A DNA stretch of 64,000 nt from Acidovorax sp. (GTDB taxonomy: Bacteria > Pseudomonadota > Gammaproteobacteria > Burkholderiales > Burkholderiaceae_C), in contig JBHIWE010000001.1 of the NCBI GenBank assembly GCA_041987645.1, positions 10,407-74,406 on the forward strand, written 5' to 3'. The translations under genes and the position numbers were made by a program. Of this stretch, positions 48,198 through 57,107 are shown piece after piece; position 1 is the stretch's first letter, and each line of letters begins with the position of its first letter. The notes below the pieces were generated by a model that searched no databases, was not told where the DNA came from, and saw nothing but the letters and a program-made list of their open reading frames with translations.

Positions 48198-49085
48198 TCA
48201 AATCCTTTCGATGTCGTGGCGCCCGAACAGGCCGTGCGGCCGAATCAGGATGGTCAGAATCAGCGTTGCTGCCATCACCAGGTCGCGGCTGCCGCCACCC
48301 ACCAGCGGGTCTAGGTAGCCGGACGCAACGCCTTCCAGAAGACCCAGCAGCAAGCCTGCCAGAATGGCGCCGCCGATGCTGTCCAGGCCTCCGAGAACGG
48401 CGACCGTCAGGCCCTTGAGCAGTAGCAGCGCAAGCCCCTGATTGACCCCTTGAACCGAGCCCCACAGCACGCCGGCCGTGGTGGCCAGCACCGAGGACAT
48501 GGCCCAGGAAAACGCCACCCCGCGTTCCACCGAAATACCGACCGACCAAGAGGCGATGTAGTCATCGGAGATGGCGCGCAGGACGATGCCCCTGCGTGTG
48601 CTAAAGAAAAACATCAAGACCAGAAACAGCGCGGTGGCGACCACCGCTCCCACTACATAGGCGCGACTCAGCAGGATCGGTCCCAGGAACAGCGGTTGAT
48701 CGCTGATGCCAATGTGCAGCGGACGGCCCGAACCGCCCCAGATGGCCATGGTGGTCGCGCGGATGAAAATGTCGAGCCCCAGCGTCATCATCAGGATCAT
48801 GATGATGGGCCGGCCTGCGAGTCGGCGCAGCGCCACCCGCTCGATGCCCATGCCGACAAAGAACATCGTTGCCATGGCCAGTGGAATGGCCGTCCACATG
48901 GGCAGTCCCAGGCCATTGGCGATGGCCAGCACCACATAGGCGCCCAGCATGGTCATCGCGCCTTGCGCCAGGTTGGGCACGGACGACGATTTGTAGATGA
49001 GCACGATGCCCAGGGCCACCAGGGAGTACATCAACCCCGACAGTGCGCCATTAATGGCCAACTCGGCAAACAGTGAGAAATCCAT
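48198..49085 (-). CDS. ABC permease (LivH-like), system 3
   Basis: YSLVALGIVLIY, NLAQG, RPHGLFG. Confidence 0.92.
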   Translation of the reverse strand: MDFSLFAELAINGALSGLMYSLVALGIVLIYKSSSVPNLAQGAMTMLGAYVVLAIANGLGLPMWTAIPLAMATMFFVGMGIERVALRRLAGRPIIMILMMTLGLDIFIRATTMAIWGGSGRPLHIGISDQPLFLGPILLSRAYVVGAVVATALFLVLMFFFSTRRGIVLRAISDDYIASWSVGISVERGVAFSWAMSSVLATTAGVLWGSVQGVNQGLALLLLKGLTVAVLGGLDSIGGAILAGLLLGLLEGVASGYLDPLVGGGSRDLVMAATLILTILIRPHGLFGRHDIERI

Positions 49086-49088
49086 GGT

Positions 49089-51032
49089 TCAAACCTCCTG
49101 CACCGAGAGTTGGCGTTCGATGGTGCCGACCTCCCCGGACTCGTATGTGATCCGCGCTTTCATCGTGACCGTTTTCTGTCCGCCGTAGATCGCATCGATG
49201 ATGGGCGCATAACGCTCTTCCACCACGTTGCGGCGCAGCTTGCGGGTGCGTGTGATCTCGCCATCATCGGGGTCGAACTCCTTGTGCAGCGACACGAAAT
49301 GGCGCAGCTTCAGCCCATCCGGGAGGATGCTGTTGACGCGCTGAATCGCGGTCGCGATCAGTTGCATCACCTCGGGTGTTTGCGACAGATCGGCGTAGGA
49401 CATGTAGGAAATGCCCCGCACCTCGGCCCAATGGCCTACCGTTTCCTTGTCGATGCAGATGATGGCCGCCAGTGTGTCGCGACCGCTTCCGAGCACCGCC
49501 ACGTCCTTGATGTATGGACTGAACTTGAGGCGGTTCTCGATGTAGTTCGGGATGTAGCGTTCGCCTTGGGCGGTATGCACCACCTCCGACAAGCGCCCGA
49601 GCACCACCATATGCCCGTCAGGCTCGACATAACCGGCATCGCCCGTGCGCAGCCAGCCATCCGCCAGCGCTTCCTGGGAGGCTTTTTCCAGCTTGTAGTA
49701 GCCGGAGAACACGCTCCCGGAGCGCACCATGATCTCGCCGTTGTCGCTGATTTTGACCTCGACGCCCGGCAATGGCCTGCCGACCGTGTGCAGGCGCACT
49801 TCCTCGGCGTCCTGCAAGGCATTGAAGGCACTGCTTTCGGTCTGGCCATAGAACTGGCGCAGTTTCACGCCCAGCGCGCGGTAAAAAACAAAGGTGTCTT
49901 CGCCAATGGCTTCGCCGCCGGTGAAGGCACTGCGCAGGCGGGTCAGGCCCAGCTGGTCCTTGATCGGCCCGAAGACCAGCCATTCGCCCAGCTGGCGCAT
50001 CAGACGCTCTTTCAGGCCGGGCTGTTTTCCCTCGAGCTTGCGCCGTTCGGCGGCCAGCGCGGAGTTCATGAAAACATCGTAGAGCCATTTCTTGAGCGGC
50101 GTCGAATCCTCCATGCGCACCTGGATGGTGGTCAGCATGTTGTCCCAGCTGCGGGGTGCCGCCAGATAGAAGGTGGGAGCGACCTCGCGCAGGTCGTGCA
50201 GCACCGTTTCCTGGCGCTCGGGAATGTTGATGGTGAAATGCATCGCGATACCCGCGCCCACCGTGATGGCAAAGTCACCCACCCAGGCCATGGGCAGGTA
50301 GGCGAGTATGGTTTCGCCAAAGGTGAAGGCGCCCCCCCGATGGGCGTTGCCCACGCCGGCCAGCAGATTTCTGTGGCTCAGCACGACCCCTTTGGGTTTG
50401 CCCGTGGTGCCCGACGAGTGTACAAACACGGCGGGTCCGTCGGGCTGGGCACGTTCGATCAAGGCGTTTCGCAGTTTCGGCTCGGCACGCAGGCGATCCG
50501 CACCGATGGCCAGCAGCTTGTCCCACGACACCAATCCGGGATTGGGATAGCTGGCCAAGCCGCGCGGCTCGTCGTAAATGATGTGGTCAATCGGCTTGTC
50601 CTGATCCCCCAGATCGAGTACCTTGTCGACCTGTTCCTGGTCTTCGGCCAGGACGAAGCGGACATGCGCCTCGTGCATGAAGTGACGTATTTCGTCATGC
50701 GTGGCGTCGGGGTAAACCGGCATCGCGTAGCCGCCCAGCATGCCGGCGGCGAGCATGCCCATGTAGAGCCGGGGCCGGTTGTCACCCAGCACCAGCAAGG
50801 CATCTTCGCGATCAAACCCAAGATGCTCCATGCCCGCCGCGCAGGCCAGGGTGTCGTCGAGCAGCTGTGACCAGCTGGTTTCCTGCCAGATGCCCAGATG
50901 CTTTTCGCGCATCGCCACGCGCTGGCCCAGCAGTTCGGCGTTGCGGGCCAGAATCCGGATGAGGGTGGTGCCGGGGCCCAGATCCCATGGGGTGTTGCCG
51001 TTCTTGACGGTGTCGATGTCAGCGCGTCGCAT
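49089..51032 (-). CDS. Long-chain acyl-CoA ligase, embedded in ABC system 3
   Basis: HSSGTTGKPKG, YGQTE, TGD, GEITRTRKLRR. Confidence 0.92.
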   Translation of the reverse strand: MRRADIDTVKNGNTPWDLGPGTTLIRILARNAELLGQRVAMREKHLGIWQETSWSQLLDDTLACAAGMEHLGFDREDALLVLGDNRPRLYMGMLAAGMLGGYAMPVYPDATHDEIRHFMHEAHVRFVLAEDQEQVDKVLDLGDQDKPIDHIIYDEPRGLASYPNPGLVSWDKLLAIGADRLRAEPKLRNALIERAQPDGPAVFVHSSGTTGKPKGVVLSHRNLLAGVGNAHRGGAFTFGETILAYLPMAWVGDFAITVGAGIAMHFTINIPERQETVLHDLREVAPTFYLAAPRSWDNMLTTIQVRMEDSTPLKKWLYDVFMNSALAAERRKLEGKQPGLKERLMRQLGEWLVFGPIKDQLGLTRLRSAFTGGEAIGEDTFVFYRALGVKLRQFYGQTESSAFNALQDAEEVRLHTVGRPLPGVEVKISDNGEIMVRSGSVFSGYYKLEKASQEALADGWLRTGDAGYVEPDGHMVVLGRLSEVVHTAQGERYIPNYIENRLKFSPYIKDVAVLGSGRDTLAAIICIDKETVGHWAEVRGISYMSYADLSQTPEVMQLIATAIQRVNSILPDGLKLRHFVSLHKEFDPDDGEITRTRKLRRNVVEERYAPIIDAIYGGQKTVTMKARITYESGEVGTIERQLSVQEV

Positions 51033-51816
51033 GCGCACCCCCCAGATAGGCCTTGATCACGCGTTCATCCTTCATCACCTCGGCCGGAATCCCGGTTCCT
51101 ATGGTTTCACCGTAGCTGAGCACCATCATGCGATCACAGATGCCGGTGATCACGTCCATGTGGTGTTCGATCAGCAGCACGGTGACGTTGCGTTCGTCAC
51201 GCGCGTCGAGAATGAAACGCGCCATGTATTCCTTTTCCTCCTGGTTCATGCCGGCCATGGGTTCGTCAAGAATGAGGAAACTGGGTTCGGCCACCAGCGC
51301 GCGCGCCAGTTCGACCCGCTTTTTCAGGCCGATCGGAATGCTGTCCACAAGTTCGTCGCGCACGCTCTGGAGCTGCATGAAGTCGATGATTTCCTCGACC
51401 TTGAGCCGGTGCGCCATCTCATCCTGTCGGCCCAGCCACCAATACAGGGCGGTTTTGACCACACCGGGCTTCATGTGGATGTGACGGCCCAGCAGGATGT
51501 TGTCGAGCACGCTCATGCCGTTGAACAGCGCCAGATTCTGGAAAGTGCGGGCCACGCCCAGGGTGGCCACCTTGTGCGGCGCCATGCCGGTGATGTCGTG
51601 GCCATTGAGCCATATGCTGCCGACCTGCGGTGGGAAGAAGCCGGTGATAGCGTTGGTCATGGTCGTCTTGCCGCTGCCGTTGGGTCCGACCAGGCCAAAA
51701 ATTTCCCCGCGCTCGATGCGCAGATGGACCCCGGTCACCGCGACCAGACCGCCGAATCGCCGCTCCAGCCCCCGGCATTCGAGAACGGGGATGGTGGCCT
51801 CGTCGCTGGCTTGCAT
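51019..51816 (-). CDS. ABC ATP-binding protein (LivG-like), system 3
   Basis: GPNGSGKT, LILDEP, IEHHM. Start uncertain (ATG 51816 or GTG 51870). Confidence 0.9.
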   Translation of the reverse strand: MQASDEATIPVLECRGLERRFGGLVAVTGVHLRIERGEIFGLVGPNGSGKTTMTNAITGFFPPQVGSIWLNGHDITGMAPHKVATLGVARTFQNLALFNGMSVLDNILLGRHIHMKPGVVKTALYWWLGRQDEMAHRLKVEEIIDFMQLQSVRDELVDSIPIGLKKRVELARALVAEPSFLILDEPMAGMNQEEKEYMARFILDARDERNVTVLLIEHHMDVITGICDRMMVLSYGETIGTGIPAEVMKDERVIKAYLGGAHATR

Positions 51817-51966
51817 CGAAGCCGCCCCCTGCTCCCTGGCGCTGCGATGGGTACTGATGGTGTTGATCACTGAAGGTGCCTATGACATTGAAGGGGTGGA
51901 CCATGTGCTCGATGGCAACTTGCCAGCCCAATTGCTGCTTCACATAAAAAAATCTAATCCATATTA

Positions 51967-51986
51967 CGTCGAACGTTAGTTAGGGG
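51967..51986 (-). promoter_or_regulatory. Putative TetR operator upstream of ABC system 3
   Basis: CGTCGAAC-GTTA-GTTAGGGG, plus an extra half-site AATCTAAT at 51951 in an AT-rich spacer. Confidence 0.55.
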
Positions 51987-52021
51987 CCACGGGGGTTTCC
52001 CTAGTTCTTTCCAGCGGGCGT

Positions 52022-53236
52022 TCATGCCGCTGCTTGTTGCACAGTACCCCGCGCAATCAGGGCGTCAATGGTGGCAACGCCGTAGCCATGCTCTAGTAGC
52101 AGCTCGCGCGTGTGCTGGCCAAAGCGCGGCGGGGCGCTGTGCGCCCGGCCTGGTGTACGTGACAGCTTGACCGGGATGCCGATGCCCGACATTCCCTCCA
52201 CCTGCACCACCATGTCGCGATGTAGGGTGTGCGGGGCGGTCAAGACCTGAGGAACGGTTCTGACTGCGCCTGCGGGAATGCCGGCTGCCAGCAGTTCCTG
52301 GCACAGCCACTCGCCATCCACCTTCAGCAAATGCTCTTTGAGCAGAGCGCGCAGCGCATCGCGGTGTTGCAAACGGTCGGCGTTGGTGGCAAAACGCGGC
52401 TCCTCGGCCAACTCGGGTCGGCCGAGGAACTCGCACAGTTTTTTCCACTGTCCGTTGTTGCCGATCCCCAGGAAGACCTCGCAGGTCTGGGTCGGAAACT
52501 TGTCGTAGGGCACGATGTTGGAATGCGCATTGCCGCTGAGCGTGGGTGTCTGGCCCGACTGCAGCCAGTTGGCGCTTTGCGGGTGCAGCAGCGACACGGC
52601 GGTGTCGTACAGCGTGGCCTCGACGAACTGCCCGCGCCCGGAACGCTGGCGTTCGATCACCGCCAGCAGCACGCCGATCACGGCCGACAGGCCGGTGGCG
52701 ATGTCCACCACCGGGACGCCGACCCGCAGCGCTCCGGTGTCCGGCGTGCCGTTGACGCTCATCAGGCCGCCCAGCGCCTGTGCCACGGCGTCGTAGCCCG
52801 GCGCGCCGCCCAGTGGCCCATTGGCGCCGAAGCCGCTGACGCGGCAGTGGATCAGGCGCGGGAAGCGTTCGCGCATCGTCTGATCATGGCCTATGCCCCA
52901 GCGTTCCAGCGTGCCGATCTTGAAGTTCTCGATCAGCACGTCGGCATCCGCCAGCATCTTGAGCACAATCTCGCGCCCCTCGGGCAGGGACAGGTCGATC
53001 ACGATGTCGCGCTTGTTGCGGTTCAGGCCGTTGTAGTAGGCGGCGGTGCCGTCGTCGGCAAAGGGCGGGCCCCAAGCGCGGGTCTCGTCGCCGGCGGGCG
53101 GCTCGACCTTGATGACGTGGGCGCCGTGGTCGGCCAGGATCTGGCCGCAGTAAGGCCCGCCGAGCACGCGCGACAGGTCGATCACCTTCAGACCGGCCAG
53201 CGCACCGAAGACTGGGAGGGAGAGGCGTGTGTTCAT
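52022..53236 (-). CDS. Family III CoA-transferase (CaiB/BaiF)
   Basis: IDLSRVLGGPYC, GDETRAWGPPF, NRNKR, PGYD. Confidence 0.92.
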   Translation of the reverse strand: MNTRLSLPVFGALAGLKVIDLSRVLGGPYCGQILADHGAHVIKVEPPAGDETRAWGPPFADDGTAAYYNGLNRNKRDIVIDLSLPEGREIVLKMLADADVLIENFKIGTLERWGIGHDQTMRERFPRLIHCRVSGFGANGPLGGAPGYDAVAQALGGLMSVNGTPDTGALRVGVPVVDIATGLSAVIGVLLAVIERQRSGRGQFVEATLYDTAVSLLHPQSANWLQSGQTPTLSGNAHSNIVPYDKFPTQTCEVFLGIGNNGQWKKLCEFLGRPELAEEPRFATNADRLQHRDALRALLKEHLLKVDGEWLCQELLAAGIPAGAVRTVPQVLTAPHTLHRDMVVQVEGMSGIGIPVKLSRTPGRAHSAPPRFGQHTRELLLEHGYGVATIDALIARGTVQQAAA

Positions 53237-53245
53237 GGTGGCTTG

Positions 53246-54412
53246 TCAGTACGAGCGCGGCAGGCCCATCACATGCTCGGCGATGTGGTTGAGCACCATT
53301 TCACGGTTCAGCGGCGCGGTGCGCAGCAGTCGCACCAGACCGTACAGATCGTACATGCCGTATTCCTTGGTGAAGCCGTTGCCGCCGAAGCACTGGATCG
53401 CACTGTCAACGGCGTGGATCCCGGCCTCGGCGGCGGCGTACTTGGCCATGTTGGCAAATTCGCCGGCTGGCAGGCCCTGGTCGAAGGCCCAGGCGGCCTT
53501 GAGCGCCATCAGCGAGGCCATCTCGATCTCGCTGCGCGCCATGGCCAGCGGATGCTGCACGCCTTGGTGGGCGCCGATGGGGGTGTTGTTGAACACCTTG
53601 CGGTCGTTGGCGTAGGCCACCGCCTTCTTCAGCGCGAAGCGGCCGACGCCGGTGCACAGGCCCGACAGGATGATGCGCTCGGGGTTGAGCGTGTCGAACA
53701 GGATGCTGAAGCCCTTGTCCACTTCGCCCAGCACGTCGGCTTCGGTGAGCTCCACATCGTCGAAGAACAGTTGCCACTGCGTCTCGGGCACCGGGAAGGC
53801 GACCGGAATCAGCGTCTTGCTGATGCCTTTCTTCTTCATGTCCACCATGAAGATGGTGAAGCCGTCGGTTTTCTTCTTCACGTCGGCGCGCGGCATGGTG
53901 CGCGTGACGACCATGGCGTAGTCGGCGCAGTTGGCATCGGTGATGAAGACCTTCTGGCCATTGAGCCGAAAACCGCCCTGGCCGTCGGGCCTGGCGATGC
54001 TGGTGATCTCGATCGAGTTGGAGCCGGCGTTCGGCTCGGTGATGGCGAAGCAGAACTTGATCTCGCCGGCGCAGCCGCCCGGCAGAAAGCGGCGCTTCAT
54101 GTCCTCGCTGGCGTGCTTGGCCAGCAGGCCCATGGTCATGGTCGGGCCGACCACCAGGTTCAGCAGCGGAATGCCGTTGTTGGCCAGGCCCTCCATGAAC
54201 AGCAGCATCTCGGTCATGCCCTGGCCGGCGCCGCCGTAGGCCTCGGGCACCATGATGCCGAGAAAGCCGTCGTCGGTGATCTGCTGGTACAGCTCGGTCG
54301 GACGCTCGTTCTTCTCGGCGTAGCCGCGCCAGTAGTTGTGGTCGAACTGCTTCGAGATACGATCGCCGTACTCGTAGATCATCCGTTGTTCTTGGGTCAG
54401 CTGGAAGTTCAT
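53246..54412 (-). CDS. Acyl-CoA dehydrogenase
   Basis: AITEPNAGS, NGQKVFIT, LNPER, ends GLPRSY. Confidence 0.93.
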   Translation of the reverse strand: MNFQLTQEQRMIYEYGDRISKQFDHNYWRGYAEKNERPTELYQQITDDGFLGIMVPEAYGGAGQGMTEMLLFMEGLANNGIPLLNLVVGPTMTMGLLAKHASEDMKRRFLPGGCAGEIKFCFAITEPNAGSNSIEITSIARPDGQGGFRLNGQKVFITDANCADYAMVVTRTMPRADVKKKTDGFTIFMVDMKKKGISKTLIPVAFPVPETQWQLFFDDVELTEADVLGEVDKGFSILFDTLNPERIILSGLCTGVGRFALKKAVAYANDRKVFNNTPIGAHQGVQHPLAMARSEIEMASLMALKAAWAFDQGLPAGEFANMAKYAAAEAGIHAVDSAIQCFGGNGFTKEYGMYDLYGLVRLLRTAPLNREMVLNHIAEHVMGLPRSY

Positions 54413-54424
54413 GGAGGCCGCTCC

Positions 54425-55228
54425 TTATTGCTGGGTGGAAGGAAACTTGGGCGCGCGCTTCTCGCGCACCGAGGCCACGCCTTCCTTGGCGTCCTCGCCG
54501 AGGAAGCACAGCATTTCCATGGCCAGCGAGCTCTCGAAGATCGGGCGCGCCACGTTCATCCAGCCGTTCAGGGAGCGCTTGGTCAGGCGGATCGCCTGCT
54601 GGCTGCCATTGGCCAGTTTGTTGGCCACGGCCATGGCCTTGTCCATCAGCTCGGCGCGCGGCACGCACAGGCTGACCAGGCCGATGCGTTCGGCTTCCTT
54701 GCCGTTGACGAAATCAGCCGTCATCAGGTAGTACTTGGCCTTGGCCATGCCGCACAGCAGCGGCCACAGAATGGCTGCGTGGTCGCCGGCGGCGACGCCG
54801 ATCTTGACATGGCCGTCGGTAATCTTGGCCTCCTCGGCCATGATGCTGATGTCGGCCAGGAAGGCGACTGCCAGACCGGCACCGACGGCCACGCCGTTGA
54901 TGGCCGAGATGATGGGCTTGTCGCAGGCCATCATGTTGTAGACCACGTCCGAAGCCTCGGTCATGGTGTTGGCGATTTCCTTCGGGTTGCCGACCATGCC
55001 GGCCACCCATTCCAGGTCGCCGCCGGCCGAGAAGGCCTGGTCGCCCGCGCCGGTGATGACCGCCACCTTGGTCTTGGCATCGTCAGTGACCACGCCCCAG
55101 ATCTTGGTCAGCTCCCAGTGCAGCCGGCCATTGGTGGCATTCATGACCTCGGGGCGGTTGATGGTGATGACCAGCACGCCGTTGGGCTTGTGGTCGAACT
55201 TGAGGAATTGAAAGTCAGCGTAGTTCAT
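54425..55228 (-). CDS. Crotonase-fold protein lacking catalytic Glu, with a His-x8-Asp dyad
   Basis: [39 protein letters not shown]. Confidence 0.9.
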   Translation of the reverse strand: MNYADFQFLKFDHKPNGVLVITINRPEVMNATNGRLHWELTKIWGVVTDDAKTKVAVITGAGDQAFSAGGDLEWVAGMVGNPKEIANTMTEASDVVYNMMACDKPIISAINGVAVGAGLAVAFLADISIMAEEAKITDGHVKIGVAAGDHAAILWPLLCGMAKAKYYLMTADFVNGKEAERIGLVSLCVPRAELMDKAMAVANKLANGSQQAIRLTKRSLNGWMNVARPIFESSLAMEMLCFLGEDAKEGVASVREKRAPKFPSTQQ

Positions 55229-55241
55229 GTTGAGGCTCCTT

Positions 55242-55271
55242 GAAAACGAAAACGAAAACGAAAACGAAAAT
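55242..55271. repeat. Hexanucleotide tandem repeat (GAAAAC)4 + GAAAAT
   Basis: Read directly; on the mRNA strand (GTTTTC)n immediately precedes AAGGAG-7 nt-ATG. Confidence 0.9.
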
Positions 55272-55287
55272 GAAAGGCAAAGGACGG

Positions 55288-56145
55288 TCAGCGCAGCTCG
55301 GCGCGTCCGTTGTTCAGCACGACGATGTCGCGTTCGACGGCGCGGGCGCGAAAGGAAACGACCTTGCCATCCACCCAGAGCTCGGTGCGTATCGTTTCGC
55401 CGGGGTAAACGGGTGACGAAAAACGCACATCCAGCGACTGCAGGGCGCTCGGGTCGCCGCCGCAGACGCGCTGGGTGAGTGCCCAGCCGGCGATGCCGTA
55501 GGTGGCCAGGCCGTGCAGGATGGGCTGCTTGAAACCAGCGGCGCTTGCCACCGCGGGTTCGGCGTGCAGCGGGTTGTAGTCGCCCGAGAGGCGGTAGATC
55601 AGCGCGGCACGCGGCTGGGTGGCGAAATCGTCGCTGTGATCAGGCGCGCGCGTGGGCAGCTCATGCACGGTTTTGACCGGCCCGGCCGGGCCGCCAAAAC
55701 CACCGTCGGCGCGGCAGAAGGTGGTCGAGGTCAGCGTGGCCAGCAGTTCGCCGCTGGTGGCGTCCGTCACCGTGCGCTCGGTGTAGATCAGAGCCCCCTT
55801 GTCCGGCCCCTTGTCGATGATCTGGCTCACCCGCGTGCGCCCGATCACTTCACCCTCGGGCGGCACCGGCCGGTGCAGGCGCAAGCCCTGTTCGCCATGC
55901 ACCAGCCGCACCCAGTCAACGCCGGTGGCCGGGTCCTTGAGCCACATGCCGGGATAGCCCAGCACCACCGGCAGAGTGGGCAGCGCCAGCAGGTTCTTTT
56001 CATAGACAAAGCGCAGCTCGGTCTCGTTGGTCGGGTCGGTGCCCAGGCCCACGCCCAATGCGTAGAGCATGGTGTCGCGCTGGGTGTAGCGATGGCGAAC
56101 GTCCTCGAACGGCCATGCCATCAGTTTCTCGTAGTTGATCGCCAT
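55288..56145 (-). CDS. Double hot-dog MaoC (MFE-2 type) enoyl-CoA hydratase
   Basis: YALGVG, LVHGEQ, YRLSGDYNPLHAEP..PILHGL; ATG 56145. Confidence 0.92.
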   Translation of the reverse strand: MAINYEKLMAWPFEDVRHRYTQRDTMLYALGVGLGTDPTNETELRFVYEKNLLALPTLPVVLGYPGMWLKDPATGVDWVRLVHGEQGLRLHRPVPPEGEVIGRTRVSQIIDKGPDKGALIYTERTVTDATSGELLATLTSTTFCRADGGFGGPAGPVKTVHELPTRAPDHSDDFATQPRAALIYRLSGDYNPLHAEPAVASAAGFKQPILHGLATYGIAGWALTQRVCGGDPSALQSLDVRFSSPVYPGETIRTELWVDGKVVSFRARAVERDIVVLNNGRAELR

Positions 56146-56156
56146 GGCAGATGACG

Positions 56157-57077
56157 TCAGACGGGATCCCAGGAGAACACGATGTTCGAGCTCTCCAGCG
56201 GATAGAAGTTCTGCTTCATGGCGGGCAACACGCGCTCGGCGATGGTCTCGGGTGTCCAGCCCTCGGCGGTGTGCATGCCGCGGATCGGGCGCGACTGGCT
56301 CATGAGGAAAATCTCGTTGCCGCGCACGGCGAAGATCTGGGCCGTGACGTCGGCTGCGGCATCGCTGGCCAGGAAGGTGGCCATGGGCGCAATCTGCTCG
56401 GTACCGAGTTTTTTTAGTTTTTCCACGCGTGCCTGCTGCTCGGGTGTGTCGGTGGGGATGGCGCCGATCATGCGGCTCCAGGCGAACGGCGAGATGCAGT
56501 TGGAACGCACGTTGTAGCGTTGCATGTCGCCGGCGATGTGGCGCGACATGGCCACGATGCCCAGCTTGGCAGCGGCGTAGTTGGCCTGGCCCAGGTTGCC
56601 GATCAGGCCGGACGTGGAAGTCATGTGCACATAGGCACCCGACTTCTGCGTCTTGAAGTGCGGGGCGGCGGCTCGCGAAGTGAAGAAGCTGCCGTTGAGG
56701 TGCACGTCGATGACGGCGCTCCACTCCTCGGGCGACATGTTGAAGAACAGGCGGTCGCGCAGGATGCCGGCGTTGTTGACGACGATGTCGATGCGCCCGA
56801 AGGTGTCGGCCGCGCATTCGATGATGCGGTTGGCCGTGGGCCAGGTCGAGACGCTGTCGGTGCTGAGAACGGCCTGGCCGCCAGCGGCCTTGATCTCGTT
56901 GACCACCTGCTGGCCGTGGCTGGCGTCATTGCCTTCGCCGCCGACCGAGGCGCCGATGTCGTTGACCACCACCTTGGCGCCTTGCGCCGCCATCATCAGT
57001 GCGATGTCGCGGCCGATGCCCCGGCCCGCGCCGGTGACTACGGCGACTTTGTCTTGCAGCATGTTGCCCTTGCTCAT
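56157..57077 (-). CDS. SDR (MFE-2-like hydroxyacyl-CoA dehydrogenase)
   Basis: TGAGRGIG, VVVNDIG, NNAGILRD, GQANYAAAK. Confidence 0.92.
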   Translation of the reverse strand: MSKGNMLQDKVAVVTGAGRGIGRDIALMMAAQGAKVVVNDIGASVGGEGNDASHGQQVVNEIKAAGGQAVLSTDSVSTWPTANRIIECAADTFGRIDIVVNNAGILRDRLFFNMSPEEWSAVIDVHLNGSFFTSRAAAPHFKTQKSGAYVHMTSTSGLIGNLGQANYAAAKLGIVAMSRHIAGDMQRYNVRSNCISPFAWSRMIGAIPTDTPEQQARVEKLKKLGTEQIAPMATFLASDAAADVTAQIFAVRGNEIFLMSQSRPIRGMHTAEGWTPETIAERVLPAMKQNFYPLESSNIVFSWDPV

Positions 57078-57107
57078 GAAATGACTCCTGGTTGTTGATT
57101 TGAAAAA

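Noticed and set aside
52229-55243. 1004-aa + strand ORF
   Set aside because: Antisense shadow of three well-supported minus-strand genes; no motifs; expected in high-GC DNA.
55242-55271. Repeat considered as CRISPR or as a coding ENENEN tract
   Set aside because: 6-bp units without spacers and no cas genes; the + strand ORF containing it is antisense to a real gene.
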